Both the position numbers and the translations under genes were made by a program. The notes beneath the pieces were generated by a model. That model was given only the letters and a program-made list of their open reading frames with translations. It did no database searches and had not been told where the DNA came from. 64,000 nt of DNA from an uncultured delta proteobacterium. GTDB taxonomy: Bacteria > Desulfobacterota > Binatia > DP-6. Numbering within the stretch: position 1 is the first letter of the stretch; each line of letters begins with the position of its first letter. Shown piece after piece: positions 8,683 through 17,944 of the stretch. The stretch lies in contig CAWFFN010000009.1 in NCBI GenBank assembly GCA_963815115.1, positions 1,872,191 to 1,936,190 on the forward strand, in the 5' to 3' direction.

Positions 8683-10578
8683 TCATCCCCGCGCGGCCGC
8701 GGCGATGACGCCGGCGGCCTTCTCGCCGATCATGTAGACCGGGGTGACGATGAAGAACCCGGGAATCCTCGGGAAGATCGAAGCGTCGACGATGCGCAGC
8801 CCGCGTGTCCCGTGAACCTCGAAGTTGCCGTTCACGACGCCCCCTTGGCTCGGTTCCCCGATCGGGCAGGAGCACGAGGCGTGATGCCCCCAGGCATTGT
8901 CCTTCACGAAGTCGGCGATCTGGTCGTCGGTCTGCACGCCCGCTCCCGGCAATTCCTCCTCGGCGACGACTCCCTTCCGACGGAGACGCGCCGTCAGCTT
9001 GCGCACGAACTTGACGCCTTCGACGACCGACGTGAGGTCGTCGCCCCGTGCGTCGCTCCCCTCGGTGAAGTAGCGAAAGTCGATGTCGGGCGTGTCGAGC
9101 GGATCGGCCGAGCGCAGCCGCACCGTTCCTGCGCGGTTTTGCGTGTGAGCCTTGAGAATGGCCCAGGTGAGGTAGTTCCGATTGCCCGCGAAGAGCTTCG
9201 AATAGCCCGGGAAGTAGCCGCGGAAGAGGCCGAGAAGCGCAAAGATGAAGAGGTCGGGCACGGGGCGTTCGGGCACGGATCGCTTCACGATCGCAGCGAC
9301 GGCGCCGTTGGTCGTGTAGACTCCGTCGCGCTTCGTCTTCCACTCCTCGTACTGTGGATCGCCCGCAGCGAACTTCGCCCCCTTCAGCACCCACCACTCC
9401 GGAAAGTTCATCCGGTTGACGACGCCGACCTCGTAGCGGTCCTGCAGATTGGAGCCGACGCCGGGGAGATCGATCCGAACCACGATGCCGTGCTTCTCGA
9501 GCTCCGCGCGCGGGCCGATACCGGAGAGCAGGAGGAGCTGCGGTGTGTTGTAGGCGCCGCCAGCGAGGATGACCTCGCGTGAGACGGGGACCTGGCGCGT
9601 CACCCCTGGCTCGTTCGCCGGGTGCTCGTGCGCACGATAGAGGCGCCGTCCCTTGAGGTACTCGACGCCGACGGCGCGGTTGGTGTCGTCGAACAGCACA
9701 CGGGTCGCCAGGGCATCGAGCTCGACGGTGAGCTTGTCGGGACGCTTCGCCGCCACGTCGAGCACGCGCTCACGGCTGCCGTTGCGGGCGTGATGCTTCG
9801 TGGCCAGCGGGGTGTAGCGCAGGCCCGTCGAGTCACCGTCGACGAGGCGCCAGTCGTTCGGATCGCCCTTGCCGAGCAGCGACCAGCGAATTCGCTCGAG
9901 GAGCGGTGTGCCGATGGCGCGTTCCTCCGCGGCGATCGTCTTGATGAGGAACTTGTCGAGGTTCTCGTCCTTCACGGCCGCTTTCGGGATCGCGGCCTCG
10001 GTGTTCAGCCACCCCTTGAATCCATGGCGGGTCGGATTGATCCCGGTGAGCTTCTGCAGGAAGCGCCACCCGGGACGGTGGTGGCAGTTCTCCATCAGCT
10101 CGAAGTGCTTCCGCATGCTCTTCGGCGACCAGGAGCTGTCACCGGTCAGCTCCTCGATGAATCGCCAGTCGTCGTTGTGCGGATAAACGGTGATCTGGGC
10201 GTTGTGCGCGGTGCAACCGCCAAGCGTGCCGGCGCGCGGGTAGAGAACGCCGTCGACGCGCTTCCCGTCACATGTCTCGACGTACTTGGGATCGCGGTTC
10301 TGGAGCGTATCGTCCCCGTAGTGGCGGACGAAGAAGTCCCACTTCAGGGCGCCGTTCTCGGACGCGAAGGCGTGAAAGCACGGAACGTTGTAGTCGTCGG
10401 GCAGACGGTTGGAGGAGGTTGGATCGGCGGCGTGCATCTCGACCGCATCGCCACCCGCCTCGAGCAACAGAACCCTGTAGCCCTCTTCCGCGAGCCGGGC
10501 GGCGACCGTTCCGCCTCCGGCTCCCGATCCGACGACCACGTATTCGTACTCGGCGCGAGGGAGTCCTTCGATTGCCAT
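8683..10578 (-). CDS. GMC family FAD oxidoreductase
   Basis: VVVGSGAGGG FAD motif, LLLEAGG, YPRAGTLGGC, GAYNTPQLLLLSGIG, LPGVGSNLQD, WGHHASCS, GLRIVDASIFP. Confidence 0.93.
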   Translation of the reverse strand: MAIEGLPRAEYEYVVVGSGAGGGTVAARLAEEGYRVLLLEAGGDAVEMHAADPTSSNRLPDDYNVPCFHAFASENGALKWDFFVRHYGDDTLQNRDPKYVETCDGKRVDGVLYPRAGTLGGCTAHNAQITVYPHNDDWRFIEELTGDSSWSPKSMRKHFELMENCHHRPGWRFLQKLTGINPTRHGFKGWLNTEAAIPKAAVKDENLDKFLIKTIAAEERAIGTPLLERIRWSLLGKGDPNDWRLVDGDSTGLRYTPLATKHHARNGSRERVLDVAAKRPDKLTVELDALATRVLFDDTNRAVGVEYLKGRRLYRAHEHPANEPGVTRQVPVSREVILAGGAYNTPQLLLLSGIGPRAELEKHGIVVRIDLPGVGSNLQDRYEVGVVNRMNFPEWWVLKGAKFAAGDPQYEEWKTKRDGVYTTNGAVAAIVKRSVPERPVPDLFIFALLGLFRGYFPGYSKLFAGNRNYLTWAILKAHTQNRAGTVRLRSADPLDTPDIDFRYFTEGSDARGDDLTSVVEGVKFVRKLTARLRRKGVVAEEELPGAGVQTDDQIADFVKDNAWGHHASCSCPIGEPSQGGVVNGNFEVHGTRGLRIVDASIFPRIPGFFIVTPVYMIGEKAAGVIAAAARG

Positions 10579-10594
10579 GGATGGTCTCTTCCGC

Positions 10595-13156
10595 TCAGAA
10601 CGTCTTCAGGAAGGCGATCAACGCGTGCTTGTCGGCGTCGGAGAGACCCGGTTCACCTTCGCTCTCGGGAAGGAAGTCGGTGCCGAAGTAGTGGCCGCGG
10701 TTGACGACGAAGTCTTTGCATTTGCTGACATCGAGGAGATCCTTCACGAGCGGAGCGAACTTCGTCCTGGCCTGCTCATCGCTGTAGTTCGGCGGCAGCT
10801 CGTGGAGGTCGTTCTTGATCTCGAGCAGGAGATCGACGACCCGATCGCCCTTCGTGAGGTCGATGTTGGAAAGGAGGTTGATCGGGGTTCCCTTCGGGAT
10901 GGGCCCGATCTTCACGCCCCCCGGACTGAGCACATTGGGGAAGAACCGGGCCAGCGGTCCCAGAAGTTTCGCCAGCGCCGGCGGGAGGTACCCGGGAGCG
11001 ACGCTCAGATAGGTACTGTCGGAAGTCACATCGACGATGCCGGGGTGCGACTTCCCGGAGACCGTGACGTAGCTGCGGTCGCCCTCGCGCTTCTCGGGCC
11101 AGAGCATCTTCGTGATGCCGTCTTCGAACGCCTCCTCGCGATCCTTGACCGACCCGCTCCATCTGAACCCACCGACGGTGTTGTTCTGCAGATACGGTGC
11201 GGTTGCCCAGAGGCTGATCAGGGATGCCGGCCGCGTGAAGCCCCGGCCCCCGCCCGGCACATCCCAGGTCGAAGCAGCGCCGGTGTACGGGTCATGGATG
11301 AGGATGCTGCCGACGGACGGCAGAGTCTTGTACGACTCCGAAGAGAAGTTGTCCCAGATGTTGTCGCGGAGGGCGTTCGTCGCCAGGGGGCTGCAGGCGT
11401 TGGTCTCGAGCAGCGTCACCGGCACGCGCAGCTCGGTGGAGAGGAAGTTGTCGTCCAGGAAGTCGGAGGCGATGACGATCTGCTGCATCTGATCCTTGAA
11501 TTCGCCGGTCTTGGTCCACTGCCAGTAGTCCTTCCAGCACTGGAGGTAGCTCGGACCGATACACCCCGGCTGCATGAAGCTCGTGAAGGCTTTCTCCGGG
11601 AGCTTGCTCGAGTGGCACCGCGCGCAGCGCTCCGCGAACACCGCCTTGCCACGCGGCACCTGCCCGACATCGGCCGCGAGGTAGGCGGCGCCGCCGGGCG
11701 CGTTCCTCAGGTAGTCGGGCCTGGCGCTGGCGAGAAAGAACAGGGCGAGATCGAGCGTCTGGGCCACGTTCGCCTGCCAGTACGTGGAATTCTTCTCGGC
11801 ATCGGCGATCCTGATCGGGGAGATCGGGAAGAGGGCGGTGCCACCGAAGAGTGGCCTGAAGTGGAGCAGCCACTCCTCGCTGAACAGGCCGATGTTGAGG
11901 TAGACGCGGTTGAGCGCTCCGAGTCCGCCGACCGAGTCGGCGCCGTCCTTGAGGACGTGGGTCGTCAGCACGGTCTGCGTGGCCGGGTCGTAGAACTTCG
12001 ACAGCGGAGCGCCGGGCGGGACGTAGTCGTTGAACTGCTTGTTGTTCACGCTTCCGCCGGCGAGGTGCTCGGCTCCCCACTTCCGTGCGATCTCGAGCCG
12101 CGCGCCGAGATTGTAGATCGCGTTCATCGTGCGCGGGTTGTTGATCTGATCCGACGAGACGAGCGACGTGTCGAGCGCGCCGGGCCGGGAAGTGTGGAAG
12201 AGCTGGAAGATGAAGCTCTTCTCCTCGTTCGTGCGATTCCACATGAAGATCCGGTCGATCCAGAAGTACTGCGCGCCGGGGTTGCTGTTCAGGTTCGCCC
12301 AGGCGGGATTCTCCGGATCTGCGGGGGGGTTGGTCGGATTCGGTCCGACGTGGCAGAAGCCGCACGACATGCCCACGCGGTACGGCTTCACCAGGTCGGC
12401 GCGGTTGTAGTACGACTCGTCGGTGTAGTAGGGGTCCCGGTCCCTCTTCGGACCCCGTGCCGCATCCCACGCCTGCTGCGCTTTCTCGTCGAAGTCCGGG
12501 TTGGGAAACAGTCGCAGCCCGACGATGCCGGTGGCGTAGCCGTAGTAGGAGCCGAGCGCCAGCTTGCCCGTGCCTCGGGCACCGATCTTCACGCCCGGGT
12601 ATTTCTGCTCGTTCTCGAAGGGATCGGGTGGGCAGCCGGGCCCATCGACACGCTCGTCCAGCCAGAGGCCCCAGCGGTCCTCTCGCGGTCCGGTCGCCTT
12701 CCGGAAGCAGGGCTCGTTGACGAGGCCGAGCTCCTTCCACCGGTTGTCGCGATTGGCCCTCAGGCTGGGATGGTTCGAGAGGGTCTTCAGCAGATCGAGG
12801 TTGCCGGCACTGCTGCGGGACAGCACGTCCCACAAACGGTCGTTGCCGGCCGTCCAGACGATCCAGTTGTTGCGGCCGCGAACGGCAGCCTTCGCCGCGA
12901 CGTCGGCGGTGATGCCCGGGACGTACGGATCCAGCGCGGCGCGGAGCGCCTCGGGATTCTTCGTGATGCCGTAGTCCATGTCGCGATAGTAGTCTTCATC
13001 GGCTGCGGTCAGGCTCGCAGCATTTCGGCCCGCCAGCCTGGCCTCGTCCAGTACCGTTCCAGGCTGTGGTTTCTTTCCCTGAACGTGGTTCCAGACGAGC
13101 AGGCCGCCGATGGCTCCGACCACGATGACGACGAGCGCGAGCACGAGCTTCCCCAT
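10595..13156 (-). CDS. membrane-anchored di-heme c-type cytochrome (RoxA/CCP-MauG-like)
   Basis: N-terminal TM, two CxxCH motifs (CGFCH, CARCH), GKAVFAERC, MauG-like LWATAPYLQNNTVG, C-terminal LSDADKHALIAFLKTF. Confidence 0.8.
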   Translation of the reverse strand: MGKLVLALVVIVVGAIGGLLVWNHVQGKKPQPGTVLDEARLAGRNAASLTAADEDYYRDMDYGITKNPEALRAALDPYVPGITADVAAKAAVRGRNNWIVWTAGNDRLWDVLSRSSAGNLDLLKTLSNHPSLRANRDNRWKELGLVNEPCFRKATGPREDRWGLWLDERVDGPGCPPDPFENEQKYPGVKIGARGTGKLALGSYYGYATGIVGLRLFPNPDFDEKAQQAWDAARGPKRDRDPYYTDESYYNRADLVKPYRVGMSCGFCHVGPNPTNPPADPENPAWANLNSNPGAQYFWIDRIFMWNRTNEEKSFIFQLFHTSRPGALDTSLVSSDQINNPRTMNAIYNLGARLEIARKWGAEHLAGGSVNNKQFNDYVPPGAPLSKFYDPATQTVLTTHVLKDGADSVGGLGALNRVYLNIGLFSEEWLLHFRPLFGGTALFPISPIRIADAEKNSTYWQANVAQTLDLALFFLASARPDYLRNAPGGAAYLAADVGQVPRGKAVFAERCARCHSSKLPEKAFTSFMQPGCIGPSYLQCWKDYWQWTKTGEFKDQMQQIVIASDFLDDNFLSTELRVPVTLLETNACSPLATNALRDNIWDNFSSESYKTLPSVGSILIHDPYTGAASTWDVPGGGRGFTRPASLISLWATAPYLQNNTVGGFRWSGSVKDREEAFEDGITKMLWPEKREGDRSYVTVSGKSHPGIVDVTSDSTYLSVAPGYLPPALAKLLGPLARFFPNVLSPGGVKIGPIPKGTPINLLSNIDLTKGDRVVDLLLEIKNDLHELPPNYSDEQARTKFAPLVKDLLDVSKCKDFVVNRGHYFGTDFLPESEGEPGLSDADKHALIAFLKTF

Positions 13157-13173
13157 GGTGTGTGTCCCTTCGG

Positions 13174-16100
13174 CTACGAGGAGCCGCCCTGGGATCGCGC
13201 CCGGCCCAGCACGCCCGAGAGGTCCGTGAGCTTCGAGCTGGCGCTCCCGATCGCCGACAACGCGCCAACGAGCCTTGCCCATCCCTCCGGCTGGGCGAAG
13301 TACAGTACCAGCCCGGCGGCGATCAGCACGTAGGTCAGCAGTCCGCGGGTTCGATCCCACAAGCTGTCACCTTCGGCTCGCTCCCACGCGACGACCCGCG
13401 CCGGCGGCTCCTCGTGCGCGACGAAGTTCTGGAAGCTCTCGTTCATCGGCCGGGGCGCCGGGGTGAACCGTACGAGTCCCGCTCGTGCCAGCCCCTGCGC
13501 CAGACGCCAGTTCCTCGGATTGACGAGGCCTTCACTCACCAGCTGCGCCAGCAGCAGCTGCTCCTCCTCGGAACACTGCAACCAGAGGCGGCGGTAGTGT
13601 GCACCAGCGACCTGCTCGAGCCGCCGGACGACGCCCTCGGCAGGCGGAGGGAGCGACCACACTTCCCAGGCGATACCCCGGAGCCGGGGTGTCCAGCGCG
13701 TCTCCTCGACGAGCTGCTGCACCTCTTCCGTGCGCCACGGCACGGTCACCCGCGTCGGGAGCCACAGCCAGCCGGTGCGATCGGCCTCGTCAACCGCGAC
13801 CGCCAGAGAGACGAGTGACTCGGCGTCGGAGGGTGCCGCACCCGCGGGCACGCGCGCCAGGCGCTCGAGCACCCTCGCCCAGCGCACGGCGTCGTTCGGA
13901 ACCGGCGTGCCGGCCGGCAGCGTGCGCTTGCGGAAGTGAGCCAGGGGATCCGTCTCGGAGCAGACCACCAGCGGCTTCGGTTGACGGGACACCAGCGTCT
14001 CCAGCAGCTGCAGCGCCTGCTCACCGCGCGCGGGATCGTCGAGCGCCGCCTCCAGGTGGTGCACGATCACCACCGGGGCGGGCGACCAGACGCGGCCGAG
14101 CGCTTCCTCTCGCCCCGGAGCCGACTGGTCGTCACTCAGATCGAAGACGTCGGCATGCACGGCCTCGCCGGCGAGGAGCGCGCCGCTGCCGATGACCAGC
14201 AGCCCGCGGGCGTGCTGAGCTTCGGTCGGAAGCGTGCGCCTGCCGCCGTGTTCCTCGTCGAGTCCGACGATGCAGGCAGCCAGCCAGCGCAGGACCAGCC
14301 AGAGGAGGCTCGCAAAGACGAGGAAGCCGCCGATCACGCCCACGCGCTGCCACGTGCCCGACGGGGTCAGTCCGGGGACCGGGACCGTGCTCGCGATGCG
14401 ACTCACCTGGTGCGGCCCGCGGCCCTCTTCCGTCGAGCCGCCCGCCCGGTCGCGGCGCAGGCGATACCAGCACAGTTCCCCGGTGCCGTCGGCGTGCCGC
14501 GTCCATCCCCAGCGCTCGTCGACCGCCTGGCGTGTCAGCAGCTCGCGCGTCTGGATCAAATCCTCGCTGTGGATCGGCAACAGCTCCAGGATGGGTGCGG
14601 AGACGTGTCCCGACGCCACCGCGAGGCGCCACAGCCGCTCGACGGGTCCAGCGAACGGCTCGGCCGGGCCGGACTCGACGCATCGTTCGTCTGCCTTCCG
14701 GACGCCCCCCTGGAGCGCCACGCCGAAGAGACGACCCGGGACCACTTCGGCGCTCTGCGATCCACTTCCGCCACTCGCTGGCGACCCGATCCATCCGCGC
14801 TGTCTCAGCTCGAGCAGCTCGGGGCAGATTCCGGCCGCCTCGTACTCCGCCTTGTTGGTCTCCTGCAGTCGTTCCACGTCCTCGGCGAGCTTGAGCTGGC
14901 CGTTGCGGACGAACGCCTCCATTCCGAGCTCCCACGAATCGCGCAGGAGTGCGGCAGAGGGAATCACCACGGCCAGCACCAGGATGAGGACGCCGACGGT
15001 GACGAAATCGTGCCGCCATCCCATCCAGGTGCCACCGGCGCCCCGCCACGCTTGCACGACGGCGACCACGAACAGAACCGCACCGAGGCCGGCCGCGAGA
15101 GCCGTCCCCTGGATCATTGCCGCCAGGCAGACGACTGCCAGGACGAGCCAGACGATCCGGGAGCGCGCCGCGACGACGAGCGCAGCCGGCGGCCGAGCCT
15201 GCGGGTTGAGCAGGAGCCTCACGCACGCGAGGCACATCCCGATGATGGTCACGAGCATGGCGAACAGACGTGGCGAGACGCTTGGTCTCGTCGCCAGAAG
15301 CCACGTCGCGGTCGCGCAGCTGCCGGCGAGGACGAGGATGCACTGGCGGTACTGGAGGGCGCTGGCTTCCGACGGCCACAGCCGGTTGTTCCGTGTTCGC
15401 GGCGTGAGCAGACACCACACACTCCAGACGATGCCGCCCAGCGCCAGGTAGACGAGAAAGCCGATGGACCAGCCAAGGAGCCCGTCGAGATCGTGCGAGA
15501 GCTGCTTCTCCCGATTGCGCATGACCACGAGCGTCCAGGGTGAAAAGTTGATCGGGGTGATCAGGAAGCGATACGGCGCCCCCCGGTATTCACCGCTCAG
15601 GAAGCGCTCCTGCCGCGCCTCGATCGCCGCCCGGGCGCCATACTCGACGGTGACGTCCTCGAAGAAGTCCTCGAACAGCCGATGCTCCTGGGATTCGGGG
15701 AACACGACTCGCCCGTCGTTCTCGATGATCGCGAACGCGAAGTCGGTGGGCAGTACCGGCCGCGACACCGACACGAAATGGGGCGTTGCGGAAACGATGC
15801 CCTCGAAGTTCCCGCCGTCGTCGAGGAGCGGCATCGCGACGGCAGCGAGGATCGCTCCCCAGATCTTCGACTGGCTCACATGAATGGACAGCGCCGCCGT
15901 GCCGAGTCCCCTCGTTCTGGGCAGCCCCCATACCCGTCCGTCGCGCGCGTCCTTGAAGAACTGCTTGTCGTCGATCGCCAACAGCGGTGACACGGTCGAC
16001 GCGATCGAGAATTTCTCTTGCTGCTTCCCCCGGGCGTCGGTCCAGTACACGATCGGCAAGTAGGGATAGGCCTCCTTCAGGGTGGCGACCCAGGCGGCGG

Positions 16101-17583
16101 ATGGACATCCCGACTCGGGCGAGCAGCAACGCGCCGCCTGGCCCGGAGGCCTGAGACAGTCCCCGAAGAGGCCGACGAGAACCGCCGGCGCGGCCGGGGC
16201 CATGGACGACCCGTCCTCCGCGCACCACGGGACGTCCGGGTCCTGCGCGCTCCAGGGGACCTCCGGGCCTTGCGCCTGCAGCGCGCGCAGCCGTTTCCGA
16301 TCTCCGACGAACCCGTCGAGCGCGATGGACACCTGCTCGATCTCGCGCACGAAGTTGTTCCGCAGCGTGTGCGCGACGTCGTTGAGATCGTGGTCCAGCT
16401 CGGTGTCGAGCGCGTGGTTGGCATAGAACCCGAGCAGGAACGCCGTCGCGCCTCCCACGACCAGGACGAGCGACAGCACCAGCACCCGGACGTCACGGGC
16501 TCGAAGCCGGTCTCGCGGGCCCATCGTGGCCACCTTGAGAACGGGCATGGAGAGCAGCAGGAGGAGCAGCGCGAGTACGCCGTACCCCACCGTGCCGTAC
16601 GACAGCAGCGTGCTCGCCTCGGCGTCGAACTGGTCCTTGGGATCGAGCACGCCGAGCCACCACGTCGACTCGCCGGAGCCGAGACGCAACGGGTGGGAGA
16701 ACAGCTTGAACGGTCGGCCGGCCACCTCGACGTCGCGCGCCGCGCTCGTCGCCGAGAGGTCGTCCTCGCGAACGGGGTCGGACGTGGCTCCGGACGCCTG
16801 GTTCATCCCGCTCCCGGAGAAGCGGGTCTGCGCCAGTCGCAGGCTCCGATCGCCGCGCTCGTAGTAGATGGCCTTGTCGATGGCGAGGAAGACGTTGCGT
16901 TGCGCGAAGCTGCTCAGCAATGGCTCGACCACGACGTCGAGCGACATCGACGCGCAGGTATCCCCGGAGTGGAAGCGAACCATGGCCGTGCGCTTCTTGG
17001 ACGGCCAACCGTGGTACGTGGTGCTCTCGGGCCGGAGCGGGCTGGTGCTCTCGGGTTCGTGCTCGGCGCGCACGCACAGATCGAGTGTGGTGGACCCGAC
17101 GACGGGTACCTCGGGCGAGCAGGATTTTCGGGCGCTGTCCGGCTTCTCCTGCCTCGCGGACTTGCCGGAGCCCTCCGACGTCGCACGGTCTTGCGCACCG
17201 CCGGTGCTTCCCCGCTCCTGGCAGTCCGTCATCCCCAGGCGAAGCAATCCGTCGCTGAGCCCGGCCGGCCATTGCGGCTCCCTCTTGGCGCTCTCCACCT
17301 GGCCGTCTCGAGCGTCCGTCTTCGCGGACCGGATGCCGGCGCTCCGCGCTGCGTCGCTGGCACGCTTCAGCTCGCCGTTGAACGCGTCCGCCTTCGACGA
17401 CAGAGTCCCCTCGATCTGCTCTGCCAGCACCGCCAGCTCGCGCAGCTGGCGTCCGATCAGATAGCGCTCGCGTGCGCGCTGGGATGTGACCACGTACCAG
17501 GCGGCCGCCGCGATGATGGCGGCGAGGGTCACCAGCGCCACGAGGCCTATGGAGCGCCACGAAGTCCCTTCACTACCCGGCAT
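13174..17583 (-). CDS. large polytopic membrane protein with Cache-like extracytoplasmic domains and degenerate NTPase/wHTH-like cytoplasmic domain
   Basis: About 1470 aa with many TM helices. Cache-like YWTDARGKQQEK..DKQFFKDA and FAFAIIENDGRVVF..PWTLVV. C-terminal HYRRLW..CSEEEQLLLAQL...GLV...MNESFQNFV. Start at ATG 17583 or GTG 17592. Confidence 0.7.
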   Translation of the reverse strand: MPGSEGTSWRSIGLVALVTLAAIIAAAAWYVVTSQRARERYLIGRQLRELAVLAEQIEGTLSSKADAFNGELKRASDAARSAGIRSAKTDARDGQVESAKREPQWPAGLSDGLLRLGMTDCQERGSTGGAQDRATSEGSGKSARQEKPDSARKSCSPEVPVVGSTTLDLCVRAEHEPESTSPLRPESTTYHGWPSKKRTAMVRFHSGDTCASMSLDVVVEPLLSSFAQRNVFLAIDKAIYYERGDRSLRLAQTRFSGSGMNQASGATSDPVREDDLSATSAARDVEVAGRPFKLFSHPLRLGSGESTWWLGVLDPKDQFDAEASTLLSYGTVGYGVLALLLLLLSMPVLKVATMGPRDRLRARDVRVLVLSLVLVVGGATAFLLGFYANHALDTELDHDLNDVAHTLRNNFVREIEQVSIALDGFVGDRKRLRALQAQGPEVPWSAQDPDVPWCAEDGSSMAPAAPAVLVGLFGDCLRPPGQAARCCSPESGCPSAAWVATLKEAYPYLPIVYWTDARGKQQEKFSIASTVSPLLAIDDKQFFKDARDGRVWGLPRTRGLGTAALSIHVSQSKIWGAILAAVAMPLLDDGGNFEGIVSATPHFVSVSRPVLPTDFAFAIIENDGRVVFPESQEHRLFEDFFEDVTVEYGARAAIEARQERFLSGEYRGAPYRFLITPINFSPWTLVVMRNREKQLSHDLDGLLGWSIGFLVYLALGGIVWSVWCLLTPRTRNNRLWPSEASALQYRQCILVLAGSCATATWLLATRPSVSPRLFAMLVTIIGMCLACVRLLLNPQARPPAALVVAARSRIVWLVLAVVCLAAMIQGTALAAGLGAVLFVVAVVQAWRGAGGTWMGWRHDFVTVGVLILVLAVVIPSAALLRDSWELGMEAFVRNGQLKLAEDVERLQETNKAEYEAAGICPELLELRQRGWIGSPASGGSGSQSAEVVPGRLFGVALQGGVRKADERCVESGPAEPFAGPVERLWRLAVASGHVSAPILELLPIHSEDLIQTRELLTRQAVDERWGWTRHADGTGELCWYRLRRDRAGGSTEEGRGPHQVSRIASTVPVPGLTPSGTWQRVGVIGGFLVFASLLWLVLRWLAACIVGLDEEHGGRRTLPTEAQHARGLLVIGSGALLAGEAVHADVFDLSDDQSAPGREEALGRVWSPAPVVIVHHLEAALDDPARGEQALQLLETLVSRQPKPLVVCSETDPLAHFRKRTLPAGTPVPNDAVRWARVLERLARVPAGAAPSDAESLVSLAVAVDEADRTGWLWLPTRVTVPWRTEEVQQLVEETRWTPRLRGIAWEVWSLPPPAEGVVRRLEQVAGAHYRRLWLQCSEEEQLLLAQLVSEGLVNPRNWRLAQGLARAGLVRFTPAPRPMNESFQNFVAHEEPPARVVAWERAEGDSLWDRTRGLLTYVLIAAGLVLYFAQPEGWARLVGALSAIGSASSKLTDLSGVLGRARSQGGSS

Positions 17584-17944
17584 CACGCTCACTGGACCGC
17601 CTGTTTGCTGGGGGCACGCCTTTCGGTCTAAGCGGTCGAATGGATACGCTCTCGGGCTATGCCCGTCAAACCAGTCTTTCTTCACCCTGTCGGCTCGCGC
17701 GATGGCACTCGGCGAGGTCGCGAGGGCGCTACGAGCGGCTCCGCAACGCCCTTTGACGGTAAGCGTGCTTCTCACTAGATCACAGTGCGCGCGCGCGTAC
17801 GGTCGAACGTGTCGATGGATACCAAACGTGCAAGGCGCCGTCGTTCGTCTCGGTGGCGTCCGTGAACGACCCTGCGACGCGCGTGACCTTCCTCTCGGAC
17901 GGGCCGTCGGTACCCTCTTCGAGGCGGCGCCTGAAGGTGCACGC

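Noticed and set aside
13176-13197. GATCC...CGTA upstream of the cytochrome gene (and AGATCA...CGTA at ~17777-17799)
   Set aside because: The spacer is 13 nt rather than 17, so these are not counted as ECF promoters. Direct ECF control of the oxygenase operons is unsupported.
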